Shown piece after piece: positions 1 through 12,530 of a stretch of 64,000 bases of DNA (position 1 is its first letter; the number at the start of each line of letters is the position of its first letter). Origin of the DNA: Octopus bimaculoides (taxonomy: Eukaryota); assembly GCF_001194135.2 (NCBI RefSeq), contig NC_068988.1, positions 36,952,300 through 37,016,299 of the forward strand, in the 5' to 3' direction. A program made the translations under genes and the position numbers. A model generated the notes under the pieces. That model saw only the letters and a program-made list of their open reading frames with translations, ran no database searches and had not been told where the DNA came from.

Positions 1-586
1 CATTCTCAATATTATTGCTAACTACTTTGTAAATTTTATCGTGTCATATGCAAATAAAACACTGATTAATTTAGTAGTTTATTTATCTCGCAAGCGTTAG
101 GGAAATATATATTTATGAATTACCTGATTCATATTGTATGTACATTAATACAAAAGAAAGTTCGTGTTTACCTATTTGCTAGAGTGCCTTGCATATATGT
201 AATTCATGTCACTTTTGAAAATGCATTTTCGAAATTAATGGCTCGGTTAAACGTAGAAGTAACACGATAATACCTCACTAAATATGGGACATTTTTAATC
301 CAAAGCAACGTCTATAACTTATACACTGCTTCCACTGAAATGTTCCTTTTTATCATGACACTCTCTACACCAGCGGTAAACAAATATTAATCTATCATTA
401 GCATTGAAAGATAACAAAGATATTATAAATATTACAGCAGATCACAGCTTACCTATAAGTGGTGTCTAATTAAGAAAAAGATCATTATATCATTTCTAAT
501 TTTTGCAAACAGTGAATGTGTTTTCACTAGAAATATATATATTTGCGAGAGGTTGACAGACCTCTTCAGCTAGTTGGTTTTGCTGC

Positions 587-629
587 TTCAGGCTGATGAC
601 GAGCAATGACTCAGAAACATGTCCCTGAA
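587..629 (+). ncRNA. Minimal type I hammerhead ribozyme motif (Penelope/retrozyme-like variant)
   Basis: TTCAGG (587-592) pairs with CCTGAA (624-629) as stem I. Core CTGATGA at 593-599. Stem II is GAG/CTC (601-603 with 610-612), with unpaired C600 and A613. GAAA at 614-617, palindromic ACATGT as stem III (617-622), predicted cleavage after C623. Confidence 0.6.
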
Positions 630-1049
630 TGCAGACTAGGCTGGGTGGGGGTGCTTGTCTCCCCCTCGCAAATATAAGGACACAGGAATTGTGTCAAGGC
701 CGACAGGAAGCTGTCCAGCTTCCTAGGGCTAAATAGCAGCAGTATGATTCCCTTATTGGGAGTCACATTANNNNNNNNNNTTTTTCCACTTTAATAATAA
801 TTATATATTTACAAGTTTACAAAATTGTATGAGTTAGGTACATACCTTATGCTGTTTCAAGTAAATAAGTATAATATAACTTGTGAACATTTCAAGTGAG
901 AGATCTATCATTGCTAAGTGTTTTGAAAGTTTTACTTAATCGTATCTCTTTCGTCAGTTGAAATTTTAAAATTTTTATGATGCTATAGAATATATGATGT
1001 TTGATAAGATTTGTAATGCATAACCATTCACATCGCCGCTAAGGAGAGC

Positions 1050-1450
1050 AGGAATGATCTATAGATAATGTTTGGTTAATGTCAATTGAATTCTTTTTCC
1101 ATTGCTTTCTCCTTGGTTCCTCCGGGACCATTGCGAACATAGTTATAATAGTGAATTCTACTGAGTCGATATTTTTAGGTGAAATAAGTGTGATAACGTA
1201 TGGGCACTGATCTGTCAGGAATAAACTCATAAATTTAATGCTAGATTAATTACACCAATAAATGACCACTTACTGGGTAGATATTTATGTTATATACTAG
1301 ACCAGACTTAAGTAAATACTCCACGATTTCCTACCTACATGTAGAAAGTCACTTGACATGTGACAGTTAACTGCTTATGGAAAATATATCATTCATCAGC
1401 TAAAATTGATCCTCAAAATATAGGTAGCTATAATAGCTAAAACTAAATTT
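1050..1450 (-). pseudogene. Highly decayed RTE-like LINE reverse transcriptase fragment
   Basis: Minus-strand frameshifted translation gives K*LSTC..NRGV (cf. KGDLSxCxNYRGI) followed by FIPDRS..VITL (cf. GFRPGRS..QIFTL). Many stops and frameshifts. Confidence 0.3.
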
Positions 1451-2156
1451 CTTACGGGGTATCTAATATAGCTCAATACCAGAATACTTCATAAGCTACA
1501 GAAATCTGGTTTGGCGTGTTAGGTAAGCACTGATATTTCTTTTATATGTAAACCTACTGTTTTAATACTGAAAGCATTGTGAGGTACAATTGCCTTGCTC
1601 ATTCCAAGTTCAATAAATATTACTGTAAGGCCATTCTCATAATTGTATTCGAAATTGAAAGGTAAAAAATTGCACTCGTAAAACTAATATTAAAGTATTT
1701 CAAGAGAAACAAAATGAAAGCATATGTTTAAAACTAATTTATTTTCTACATTTCTTTATTAAATTATTTTCCCATGTTTATCATGAATATGTTTACAATA
1801 TATTTGACTAAATTATTAAACAAGATGAAATATTATATTCAACATACCGGAAATTATTTGTATGTTACTAAAGAGACAATTTTGTATATAATTCATTGTT
1901 CTCTTTTAAACTTTAATAAATATTTTACTATATATGTATTAGGTTGTATGTCGTTCAGAAATTATTGGTAAATCAAATTTCAATTAAAGAAAATAAGGAA
2001 AGAATGCTAATTGCTTTAATTGGAATAGACAATCGATAGTAGAGTATCGTAAGTTATTTTGCATATTATAATTAAATCTGATCATCATAGCTGCCATATG
2101 TCGTTAGGCATTTCAAAGCATGATTTATAGGTAGATAAATAGATGGGTGGTTGGGT

Positions 2157-2220
2157 AGATAGATAGATAGATAGATAGATAGATACATACATACATACAT
2201 ACATACATACATACATACAT
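2157..2220. repeat. (TAGA)n/(TACA)n compound microsatellite
   Basis: Directly visible tandem tetramers. Confidence 0.95.
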
Positions 2221-2276
2221 GCCTCTAACCGGATATCTATATAACATCTATCCTGCTACCTGTATGTGTGTGTGTA

Positions 2277-2695
2277 TTGGGTCATCCCATAAGTAATGCT
2301 GTTTTATTTACTTTTATTCTTCATGATAAAGACAAACAATTTTTTAAAATCTAAAATATACACTTCTTCATTTTCTACAATGCACTTCCATCTATTTGGT
2401 AGACTTGCAAGGCACCTCTTCCAAAATTTACTTGTCGATGACGAAAAATACTCCTCCAGTACTGTTCTGACCTCGTCAACAGAATTCATATTTTTTCCCG
2501 TCCAAATGATTTTGAAGACTGTGGAATAAATGATAAACAGATGGGAGAATTTCAGGCTAATATGGTGTTTGGGGCATCATTTCCCATGCAAACTACTCCA
2601 GCCTTTGGCATGTCATCCTCGCTGTATGTGACCGAGCATTGTCCTGATAGAAGAACACCTTTCATCTTGAAAATAAAGATGGTCGTTTTTCTTAA
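2277..2695 (-). mobile_element. Mariner transposon 3' fragment (decayed transposase C-terminus plus TIR)
   Basis: Minus strand reads EKRPSL..KGVL.YQDNARSHTA...TPY*PEILPSVYHLF (cf. QDNARPH, YSPDLAPSDYHLF), then SVDEVRTVLEEYF...LPNRWKCIVENE. Terminus TA+TTGGGTCATCCCATAAGTAAT at 2275. Confidence 0.8.
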
Positions 2696-2986
2696 CCCAT
2701 TACCTCCCATAATTCTATTAATTGGAAATGTTTTTATGAAACTTTGATTTCTAACATAAAACAGCCTTAGAAACACGCTGGAATGATCAAAATAACATTT
2801 GAAAATAACATTTTAAATAGAAATAAGGTAGATATTGCGTGAAAAATTAGCAAAACTCATTTGAATATCAGAGAAATATACCTAGTAGATATAGCAAAAG
2901 GGTTAGATTTCTGTAAATATTGACAGATAATTACGAAATTTGTAATTTTTAAGTGATCTTATATGAGATCACTAGTAGGTAATGGG
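2696..2986. mobile_element. Putative piggyBac-type MITE (TTAA TSD, CCC...GGG termini)
   Basis: TTAA (2692-2695) CCCATTACCT ... AGGTAATGGG TTAA (2987-2990). Perfect 10-bp TIR with TTAA on both sides, 291 bp, no coding capacity. Confidence 0.5.
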
Positions 2987-2994
2987 TTAAGATG

Positions 2995-4142
2995 TTTTGC
3001 TAAAATTGCAGTTTCTTTCAGATATCATGAGAAAAAGGTAATTAAAATTCATTAAAATGACAGATCTGTCGGACTCTGAAAGAGGTCAAATTGTTGCTCG
3101 TATTGCAGGCGCTAGCGTACGGAAAACTGCCGAAATGTTTGGTATATCAAGAAGTACTGTCTCGAAAGTAACGACAGCCTTTGAGATAGAGGGAAATGCC
3201 TCCTCGTCGAAACAAAACTGCGGAAGAAAATAAAACTTTTAGAGAGAGACCGTCGGACTCTTACACGAATTGTTAGAAAGGATCACAAAAGTACAGCTCC
3301 CAAAAATTACTGCGGAGCTTAAGGGCCACCTCGAGAACTCAGTTGCTACAAAAACTGTCTGCCAGGAACTGCACAAAGCCGGATTTCACTGGGGATGGCT
3401 GCAATCAAAAAAGCCAATACTTTCAAGAACAATCGTTGCAAAGCGTTTAGAGTGGGGTAAAACCTACAGAATTGGTCCCTAGAACAGAGGGAAAATGTTA
3501 TTTTCTCAGAGGAATTATTCTTTACCTTATTTCCGACCACCGGCCGAGTATACATGTGGAGACTGCCAAAAGAAGCATTTGACCCAGACTGATTTCTTCC
3601 AACTGTTAAACATGGACGAGGATCTGTAATGATCTGGGTGGGGGCTATATCTTGGAAATCTACTGACCTAATGGTTTCCCTTCATGGCATAATTTAATAG
3701 TCAAGACAATTTAAGCATTTTATATGACCAAATTCATTTTATGGTTTCGGAAATGTTTCCGGAGGGAAACGCAATCTTTCAGGATTATAATGCACCAATT
3801 CACTCGGATAAGGTTGTTACTGAATGGCACGAGGAACATTCTAGTGAACTTGAACATTTTATCTGGCTACCACAGTCCCCAGATCTCAATATTATTGAAC
3901 GTTTATTGTGCATTTTAGAAAAATAAGTAAGGAGTCGATATCTTCCACCATCATCACTACAAGGACTGGAGACTGTTTTAGCTGAAGAATGGACAAAAAT
4001 TCCTTTGGAAACAATTCAAACTTTGTACGAATCCATACCTCGTAGAATTCAAGCTGTAATTACTTCCAAAGGCAGTCCTACCCCTATTAAAATAAATTTG
4101 TTTGAAATTTTAAGGTGTTTCCGTTATTTTGTCCAACCCCCG
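2995..4142 (+). mobile_element. Tc1-like (DD34E) transposon, pseudogenised, left TIR not seen
   Basis: From ATG 3057: MTDLSDSERGQIV..RIAGASVRKTAEMFGISRSTVSK (paired-like HTH), then FSEE, FQDYNAPIH, WLPQSPDLNIIE and EEWTKIPLETIQTLYESIPRRIQAVITSKGSPT, with stops and frameshifts. Right TIR GGTGTTTCCGTTATTTTGTCCAACCCCCG followed by TA. Confidence 0.9.
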
Positions 4143-4919
4143 TATGTACGTCGATGTGCACACACACAAAGGGACTGAGAGGGAAAGAGGTAAATGTGTG
4201 AAACGTATGCTGTATGTGGCATATACTCTTAATGCAAAATTCAATTGTGCCGAGATTCTCTTTATTTAATTATCATTTTGGGAGATGGCGGAACTCAGAA
4301 TTTCAAGGTTACCAATATAATCAGTTAGACATTATTTGAAGTGAGATTTCATGCGTTAGATATGTCATTTCTACTAATGTATAACTTGGCCTCCAGCAAG
4401 TTGAAAAGGTATAGCATAAACAATGTTTCCTGTTGAGTAATGCAGTTATACTGATTAGAAAAGAAGGATCTTTTTCCACTTCTTCATATATTAACTTGAC
4501 AGGATGCGTTTGAGCGGAACGGCAAAATCTATTCTCATCTATATTTCAAGTAATATATTTAACATTTTACATTTAAAAAATGAAGAAAATTAAATGAGTG
4601 GTTGCCTGTTCACAGTTTCATGCATTAAAATAATCTATTTGCATGTTTCTCTTAATTCAGGAATTATGTAAGCTTTCTGGAAAGGAATAGAAATAGAGGT
4701 CATCCACCACAAAGCGACGGATATGTGTACGTATGTATATTTATATATGTGTGTATGTGTGTGTGTGTTCGATTAAAAGGTGATGCTCCAGCAAGGCTGC
4801 AGTCAAATGGCTAACAAAGATAAAAGAATATATGTACATACATACTCGCACACACAATCACAGACACACTCATGTATTTGTATGCGTGAATGTATGTAAG
4901 TATATATACATAGATACAT

Positions 4920-5007
4920 ACGTATATACTTTACCTACCTACCTACCTACCTACCTAAATACATACATACATACATACATACATACCTACGTACATACAT
5001 ACATACA

Positions 5008-5041
<34 letters not shown>

Positions 5042-5060
5042 CATACATACATACATAATT
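4920..5060. repeat. (TACC)n/(TACA)n microsatellite
   Basis: Directly visible. Confidence 0.95.
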
Positions 5061-5624
5061 ACATATCCAGTTCGGTATTTTTGCTTGTCGTTATTTTATA
5101 TTTCCATTGATTGAAGTGGAAATTGAAATCTAATTACATCGAAAATCTATTTTATAATATTGGTCTATATACGTGTGTGGGGTGGAAATTTCATGCATAA
5201 TTGGTGGTAAGGGATGTACAGAGTCCAATAGAGTAAATAAGAATATATACAAACATTATGTAATCTGTATAAAATGGAATGGCGACTGGAGGTAACAGCG
5301 CATAGAAGTGTACGAACGAACATAAGTAGGATAATTATATTCGCAAGGACTCATACATTAGCAAGGGTAAATAAAGGTGCTTCAGCATTTAAGTAGAAAC
5401 TGGTGTAGATGTAACTATATGTAATATACGCATGTGCTTTATCCGACACATTAATAAACAGCAAAAGCAATTTTAAATCCAACTAGAAAATGTAAGAAAT
5501 AATTTGATACATTCGTAAGCTTCTCGCACAAGCAGAAGTACGTACGGGTTTATAGGTACTAGAATGAGTGCGTTTAGAAATTTTTGATATATATAAAAAA
5601 TCTGATATATATATATATATATAT

Positions 5625-5825
5625 GACCTTAAACACTGCTGTGCATGCACATTAAGCCTTAACGTTCTAGCTTACTTTTGCTGTTTACAGCACTGCTGGG
5701 AATGAGAGTGTGTAGTGGGTGATCGTCGCCTTGATCATGACAAATAAATTTGAGCAGAGAATATTCATCAAATTTTGCCAGAAGTTTCGCGATACCTGCT
5801 CAGATGCCTCCACATAGTTTTCAAA
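5625..5825 (+). mobile_element. Mariner 5' fragment (5' UTR plus first ~35 codons)
   Basis: ATGACAAATAAATTTGAGCAGAGAATATTCATCAAATTTTGCCAG = MTNKFEQRIFIKFCQKFRDTC (mariner N-terminal EQRxxIKFC motif). Its UTR is homologous to the reverse complement of ~6225-6330. Confidence 0.65.
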
Positions 5826-6424
5826 AGTTTTCATCGTTCTCGACACAACCAAGGAGATTTTGTGCAACTGAAACTCGAGCGTCTTTTTGTTCAGCTGAAA
5901 GCAGTTTTGACACAAGCTTGGAAGACACGCGTCTCATACCAAATTCTTCAGTGATAATGGAATGAACTGAACCGTAACTGATCTTCACATCCTCTGATAA
6001 CTCACGGATGGTGATTCGATTATTTACCCTGAAAGCTGCACACCCATCTTTCATGTGTTTCTCAGTTCTGCTAGTTACGGGTCTCCCAGAACGTTCCTCA
6101 ATATCGACATTTTTTCGGTCATCCTGGAAACGTCGGAACAACTCGTACACTTGTGTAAGGCTCATACATTTTCTGCAACTTTGTGCAGGCCTCTGTGCAA
6201 GTATAGCCATGACAACTTTCCCTGTCATGATCAATGCGACGATCACAAGAAACACACCTTCATTCCAAGCACTGCTTAAATAGCAGATGTGAGCTAGACC
6301 ATTAAATCTCAGTGTGCATGCTCAGCAGAGTTCAACGTCGATATTTGCCAGGCGGCTTTGCTATGCGTGCTTTAGCTTCGTTACTATGGTACCAGTCCGG
6401 ATACTTATTGATCAGACTTCGTGT
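5821..6424 (-). mobile_element. Mariner 5' half (TIR, UTR, HTH region)
   Basis: TIR TACACGAAGTCTGATCAATAAGTATCCGGACT on the minus strand. ORF 5821-6255 contains VYELFRRFQDDRKNVDIEERSGRP...ITIRELSEDVKISYGSVHSIITEEFGMRRVSSKLVSKLLSAEQKDARV. Confidence 0.85.
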
Positions 6425-6659
6425 ATGTATATATATGTGTATATATATATATATATANNNNNNNNNNNNNNNNNNNNNNNNNNNNNNNNNNNNNNNNNNN
6501 NNNNNNNNNNNNNNNNNNNNNNNNNNNNNNNNNNNNNNNNNNNNNNNNNNNNNNNNNNNNNNNNNNNNNNNNNNNNNNNNNNNNNNNNNNNNNNNNNNNN
6601 NNNNNNNNNNNNNNNNNNNNNNNNNNNNNNNNNNNNNNNNNNNNNNNNGTATGTATATA

Positions 6660-7758
6660 TTTGAAGAAAAGAAACAAAAATTCAATAGATTATAGCAATA
6701 CGTATGTTTCGTACAAACTCCATTTATTCATGTAGTGAGAACACTACATAAAATGTACAATGAAAATGTACTCCTCAGCTGCATAATGGAATTTCATTTT
6801 AGAAAGTCATTTTCTAGATGTGTGCAAAAAACAAGAGTAAGAGAAGAAAACATACCATCTTGACTATGCTGCTGTTCAAAATTTCCGTTCTGGAGTTTTT
6901 CACTCAAAGATGACCGACGTTCTTGTCGACCTACTAAAAATGATGATGACCGAATCAAAGCCATAATTGAATCTGATTTTCATATAACTGCGAGAGATTG
7001 CAGAGAGGTTAAATGTATCGCACACAACAATTGAAAATCACTTAAAATGATTTGGATTCATTAAGAAGCTCGATATTTGGGTTCCACATAAATTTAAAGA
7101 GATTCACATGACACGATTTAATCATCACTGTTGATGGAAAATATAATAATAACATAAATCGAAAAAATCCTGGTCCAAGCGTAAGGAACAAGCGCAAACC
7201 ACATCGAAAGCTGAATTGCATGAAAAAAGGTCATGCTGTCAATTCTGTGGGATTACAAAGGTGTTGTGTATTTTCAGCTGCTTCCAAGGAACCAAACGTT
7301 CAATTCATATGTTTACTTTCAACATGTAATGAAACTAGAAGAAGCAATAAAAAAAAATGGCCAGAATTGGCAAATCGTAGTGGAAAAGTGTTCGATCATG
7401 ACAACGCTTGACCACACACGTCTAAATTATTGAACCTCGGTTGAGAAGTGATATCACATCCCCCATATAGCCCTGACCTTGCAGCATCAGATAACCATTT
7501 ATTTTGAAATTTGCAAAATTCTTTGAATGGTAAAACTTCCAATAATTATGATGACCTGAAATCGCACTTGCTTCGGTTTTTAGTTGATAAGGCCAGAAGG
7601 TCTATAAGCACGGAATCATGAAGTTGCTAGAGAGATGGCAAAATTTCATCCAACAAAATGGAAAATAATATATAATTGATTAAATTTCATTCTTTGTATG
7701 AAAAAAAATGAGTTTTATTTCACATTACAAAACCGAAATTACTTTCTTGCCAACCCTA
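6660..7758 (+). mobile_element. Mariner (DD34D) transposon, decayed with internal deletion
   Basis: Frameshifted motifs KLDIWVPHK, IITVDGK, KKVMLSILWDYKGVVYF, FDHDNA and HPPYSPDLAASDNHLF. Right TIR CCGAAATTACTTTCTTGCCAACCC followed by TA. Confidence 0.9.
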
Positions 7759-8160
7759 TATATATGTATGCATGTGTGTGGGGGGTATAAAGAGGAAATT
7801 GGAAATTGGAGCATTATTTATTCAGTATTATTTATTCAGACTATTATTTATTTCATTTGTTACCTGGAATTCGAAGTTTTTCATAGTAGATAACATATCA
7901 TTATATTATTTCTCTGAAGAATTTCTAATAGGAAATTCTTAACATATCTATCTAAAATATAAAACTTTATAATTCCTATTACCAAATGAAACATCTGTAA
8001 TGGTTACTAAAATATTTGTAGTGTGATTTTTTGTTATTTAATAGTTTTCAATTTTAAGACGTATCTCTACTTACAACACCAACTAAGACTGCACATTCGA
8101 TTATTATAATAATATTGGAACAAGCAGATGTGCTTGAAAGAAATAGCTGGGATTTGCACT

Positions 8161-8208
<48 letters not shown>

Positions 8209-8534
8209 NNNNNNNNNNNNNNNNNNNNNNNNNNNNNNNNNNNNNNNNNNNNNNNNNNNNNNNNNNNNNNNNNNNNNNNNNNNNNNNNNNNNNNNNNNNN
8301 NNNNNNNNNNNNNNNNNNNNNNNNNNNNNNNNNNNNNNNNNNNNNNNNNNNNNNNNNNNNNATATTGGTAATTGGCAGTTGGCATTTCTAAACAGTGCAA
8401 TATATATACCCACATATCTATATACATATACCCACATATCTATATACATATGCCTACATATGTATATACACAGACACACTCACACACACGCACATATATA
8501 TATATATACACCATCCTGGTGACATGTACAATAC

Positions 8535-8700
8535 ATCCAGTACACTCTGTAAAGCGGATGGCATTAGGATGGGCTTCCAGCCGGAGACGCCATGCCAAAA
8601 GAGACAAATGGACCCCGGTGCAGCTCTCTGTCTTACCAGCTGCAGTCAAACCATCTAACCCATGCCAGCATGGAAATAAGACGTTGAATGATGATGCTGA
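8535..8700 (+). mobile_element. SINE/RTE-type 3' tail repeat ending in (GAT)n
   Basis: CTGTAAAGCGGATGGCATTAGGATGGGCTTCCAGCC...AAACCATCTAACCCATGCCAGCATGGAAATAAGACGTTGAATGATGATG. A related copy lies at ~39985-40140. Confidence 0.55.
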
Positions 8701-8997
8701 TATATATACATATATGTGTTGGTATATGTGTGTCTTTATGCTCACAACACACAACTTGAAAACCACTGGTGTTGGTTTTTTACATCCCCGTACCTTAGAT
8801 TTTTGGCAAAAACGAGCTATGAAATAATATAAAACGGGTTGGATGTGCACGTCTAAATGTTTATGAGGAGTGACTCAGCATGAATGCAGTCCAATATTTG
8901 ATGTTGGTAAATGACATTACTTACATACATACATACTTACAGGCATACACAATACTTACATACATACATAAATACAGACACATAAACTCTTTTATAT

Positions 8998-9168
8998 TTG
9001 TTTGTTTCAGTTATATATAACTGCGGCCATGCTGGAGCACCGCCTTTAACAAATCGACTTCAGAACTTATTCTTTGTAAGCCTAGTACTTATTCTATCGG
9101 GCTCTATTGCTGAAACACTAAGTTACGGGGACGTAAACACACACACATATATATATATATATTTATAT

Positions 9169-9239
<71 letters not shown>

Positions 9240-9410
9240 CATGTATACGACGCGCTTCTTTCGGTGTCTGACTACCAAATTAACTCATGAGGTTTTGTTC
9301 GGCTCGAGGCTATAGTAGAAGACACTTGCCCGAGGTGCCACGCAATGAACTGAACACAGGACCATGTGGTTGGTAAGCAAGCTGCTTACCGCACAGTCAC
9401 TCCTGCGCCT
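8998..9410 (-). mobile_element. tRNA-derived composite SINE with internal (TA)n microsatellite
   Basis: Minus-strand head AGGCGCAGGAGTGACTGTGCGGTAAG...GTGTTCAGTTC...GGGCAAGTGTCTTCT, an internal (TA)/(TG) tract, and tail GTGTTTACGTCCCCGTAACTTAG...AAGGCGGTGCTCCAGCATGGCCGCAG. The same tail occurs at ~4783-4830, 28520-28565 and 42050-42225, and the same head at 42948-43035. Confidence 0.75.
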
Positions 9411-11449
9411 ATAAATATTAGTGACGAATATATACATATACATATGTGTACGTGTGTGTGAGCGTTTGTGAGGGTGTGGGTGTGAAAATGTGCAGAAACG
9501 AACATATAGAATTCTACGTTTCTAGGTATTTGTAAACTTCAAACAAGATTCATGCCTACACGTTAATTTTTTTGAATGAAAGAATATACATATATATGCA
9601 ATTTAAATGACTGTAGAAGGTAAAATTGACTTTATGGTGTCCATAATGAACATATTGAAGTTTCCCTGGATATTACTCTTTGAAATCTTGTGAGTTTTTA
9701 TTGCTTTAGTCTTTCATAGGATCGGTTTCGGCAAGAAAAAATTATTATAGCCTGTGCCGTTTTACATTTGAATACATGTTATATGCATGTGTATTTTAAT
9801 CTAATGTTGCTTCAAGAGCGTCCATTAATTGAATTCTTGCATCGCTAGCATGCACAGACTTCAGTAAATGGTTGTTTATGGATCTCCATACGAGAAGAAT
9901 TATTTTTAGCTTGGTTCAGAAAGTTACAGGCACTCGTCATTGAGGAGGCTAAAATAGATCGAAACGCTATGTCCGGCGTTTCACCAGCGTTCTGAGTATG
10001 ACTCTGACGTTTTAATATCTTTTTTGATAGGTTTCCTGACGCAAAATATTAGATCTACCGGCGTTCTTCATTTTTATACATAACATAAATATTTTACAGA
10101 CAAATACATTAAGACAGTGAGAAAGGGAGCGAGAGAGAGAGTGTGTATGTATGTGTGCACGCGCGCGTGCGTGCGTGTGTGTGTGAGAGAGAGACACACA
10201 CACACACATACACACACACACACAGATTTACATGCAGGTTGAAACACATGTGTGAGATTCTTTAATTATGATTGACATCTCACCAATTGTTTGTGTGAAT
10301 GTCAAATGATTGGCGTAAAAGCGAATAATTAAATCTCCACATCTTTATGAATCAATAGTAGTTTTTCATCTTAAATTAAAATAATGAATACTATATTTAT
10401 TAATCAACTACACTGTCATGTTCATTCTCCCCGAGAAATAACATTCTCCACTACCACATAATACTGATATAATTATTAGTGAAAAGTTAGAAACAAATAT
10501 TATCAAAGTAATGAACTTAAAAATCAGTAGAATGCTATACGAAAGGCGTTAGTGAGTTGGATAGTGCGCCTTTTGGTTTTGGGATCAAATTTCAATCTCC
10601 TTGGTGTTGTTTTTATCCTTATAGTTTCAATAAAATATGGACCGATCATATTTTAACATAAATTAATTCAATACCCGTCCTTACAGTGTATAACATCGCG
10701 ACTGTTATGATAGTTGCCTTCACATACATATAGGTTCGACTTACTTTCTACACTTCATGCTCGTAAAATAAGAACGAATGATATATTAATGTGGATTAGA
10801 TCTCTTGTAGATACATCAAAACCGAAAATGTCTGCGGTGTATCGCGCCGGGAAATAATTTTATACGCGTAGGTATTTTAATAATTTTTTCTCCTTTTGTA
10901 AAGCTGTAATATATTACTTTTCATTAATTTTCTTGTTCTTCTATATAATGCTATATCTATTTTTTAAGAAAGTTTAAAGACAAACATAATCTAGAATGTA
11001 TGTTTGGAGCTCATATATTATCATTTATTTAAAATCTAATCCAAAGTGGGGATAAAAATATTGAAATAACCCTAACATTAGAAAGGTAAAAATTAAGCAT
11101 AGATCAAAGATGATATGAGCATTTGCCGACCAATTGTCTAGAATTTGATCGATAATAATAACATGTTAGCTATACAAGATCTAAGAAGCAATGTAATTTC
11201 ATAAATTATATGACGATATTTAAGTTTTGGACTCCAAATAAACGCAAAACGAAAGTTTGAATTGAGAAATAAGACGTCAGGAACGGTGTTAATTAGATAT
11301 ATATCAAAAGTTTGATAGTTTCATACCTGTAAACTTTTTTTCAAAAATCTGCTTGGGGAGACCTTAATAAATATATGGAAATGTTTTACAGATGTATATT
11401 TATTTCCACCTACATATTTCCCGACAAATTTTACATAAATACGAGCAAA

Positions 11450-11480
<31 letters not shown>

Positions 11481-11984
11481 ATTTGTTATTATTTCACAAA
11501 ATTCTATTTTATTTCCTGGAATGGAGCTGTGGATGTTAATATATAACAAAGAGATAGATATAGATACACAGTAAATCAAGTCCAATATTTATTGCTCTGA
11601 GTTCAAATAAGTCTCCAGTAAATTCTTTGTTTTCTCTTCTCTGAGATCGGTAAAATAAGTAGCAGCAGAATTTTGATGTCAAATAAACATTGGTTCCCAT
11701 TGAAAACAATATACACTTTTCATGTTACCAATTGTAAAGAAAATACAGATAGTTATTTATAATGAAGACTGGTCATATATATTAATAAAAACATAAATAG
11801 AAGTTGACAGGTAAAAACAGTTATTCAAGCATAATAAGCAAATCCATTCACAACTCATAGCCTTTTTTCGTAAACAATTAACATGAATTATAGGAGTAGA
11901 TTTCGAGAAAAGTATAGATAGAGCAGTGCAAAGGATGATAAGCTTAAAGAAAATAATCCAAGCTTTTGAACTCAGTATATTACG

Positions 11985-12530
11985 TAGCGACTCTACTGCA
12001 TCTAAAGATATTTTCGGCGTATCTCTGGCGAAATGCTATGTGCCGTCCTGCATGGAGGAACTTGCGTTCTTGTCATCCAAGGTAAGGGTGACAAGGATTC
12101 CACTGAGTCTCTACCACATTCGGAGGCCGCTGCATTGATGGTATATGGTGGTTTTGTGCCAGAAGTAGGTGTTGGTAGTGCAAAATTCGAGGACAAATCT
12201 GTGGTTCGTTGGTAGGAATTCGGCCGCCTTATTCTGGCCGATTTCTAGGCGCTTTTCGATGGTTTGTATGGCGTCAGCTTGTGATATGCGTAATTGTTGT
12301 CTGAGATGTTTTCGGGTGGAAGCTTATGGAGGAATTCTCCAAGCTACGTGGTGTTCTCTAGGTATGAGTGTATGTCGGATAGTAGCGGTTTAAGTAGCCA
12401 TACTAAGAACCACTCCAGTTTCCGAAGTGGGGATTTTGTATCGGCGACGATTGGGCGAAGTTTAAACTGCCTCACGTTAATAGTGTTCTTGTGTAAAACC
12501 GCCTCACGTCACTAGTGTTGTTGTGTACAA
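11985..12530 (-). pseudogene. Penelope-like element reverse transcriptase fragment (YVDD-type)
   Basis: Minus strand reads RPIVADTKSPLRKLEWFLVWLLKPLL, ADAIQTIEKRL, FVLEFCTTNTYFWHKTTIYHQCSGLRM and RYAENIF (cf. RPIVS..SP, NYFxFN..Y.Q..G..MGSP, RYVDDIF). Confidence 0.8.

Noticed and set aside
9935-9975. TTGAGGAGG...TCGAAACGCT, a third hammerhead-like motif
   Set aside because: C3 is missing, stem II is imperfect and stem I has at most 3 bp. At best a decayed PLE-LTR remnant.
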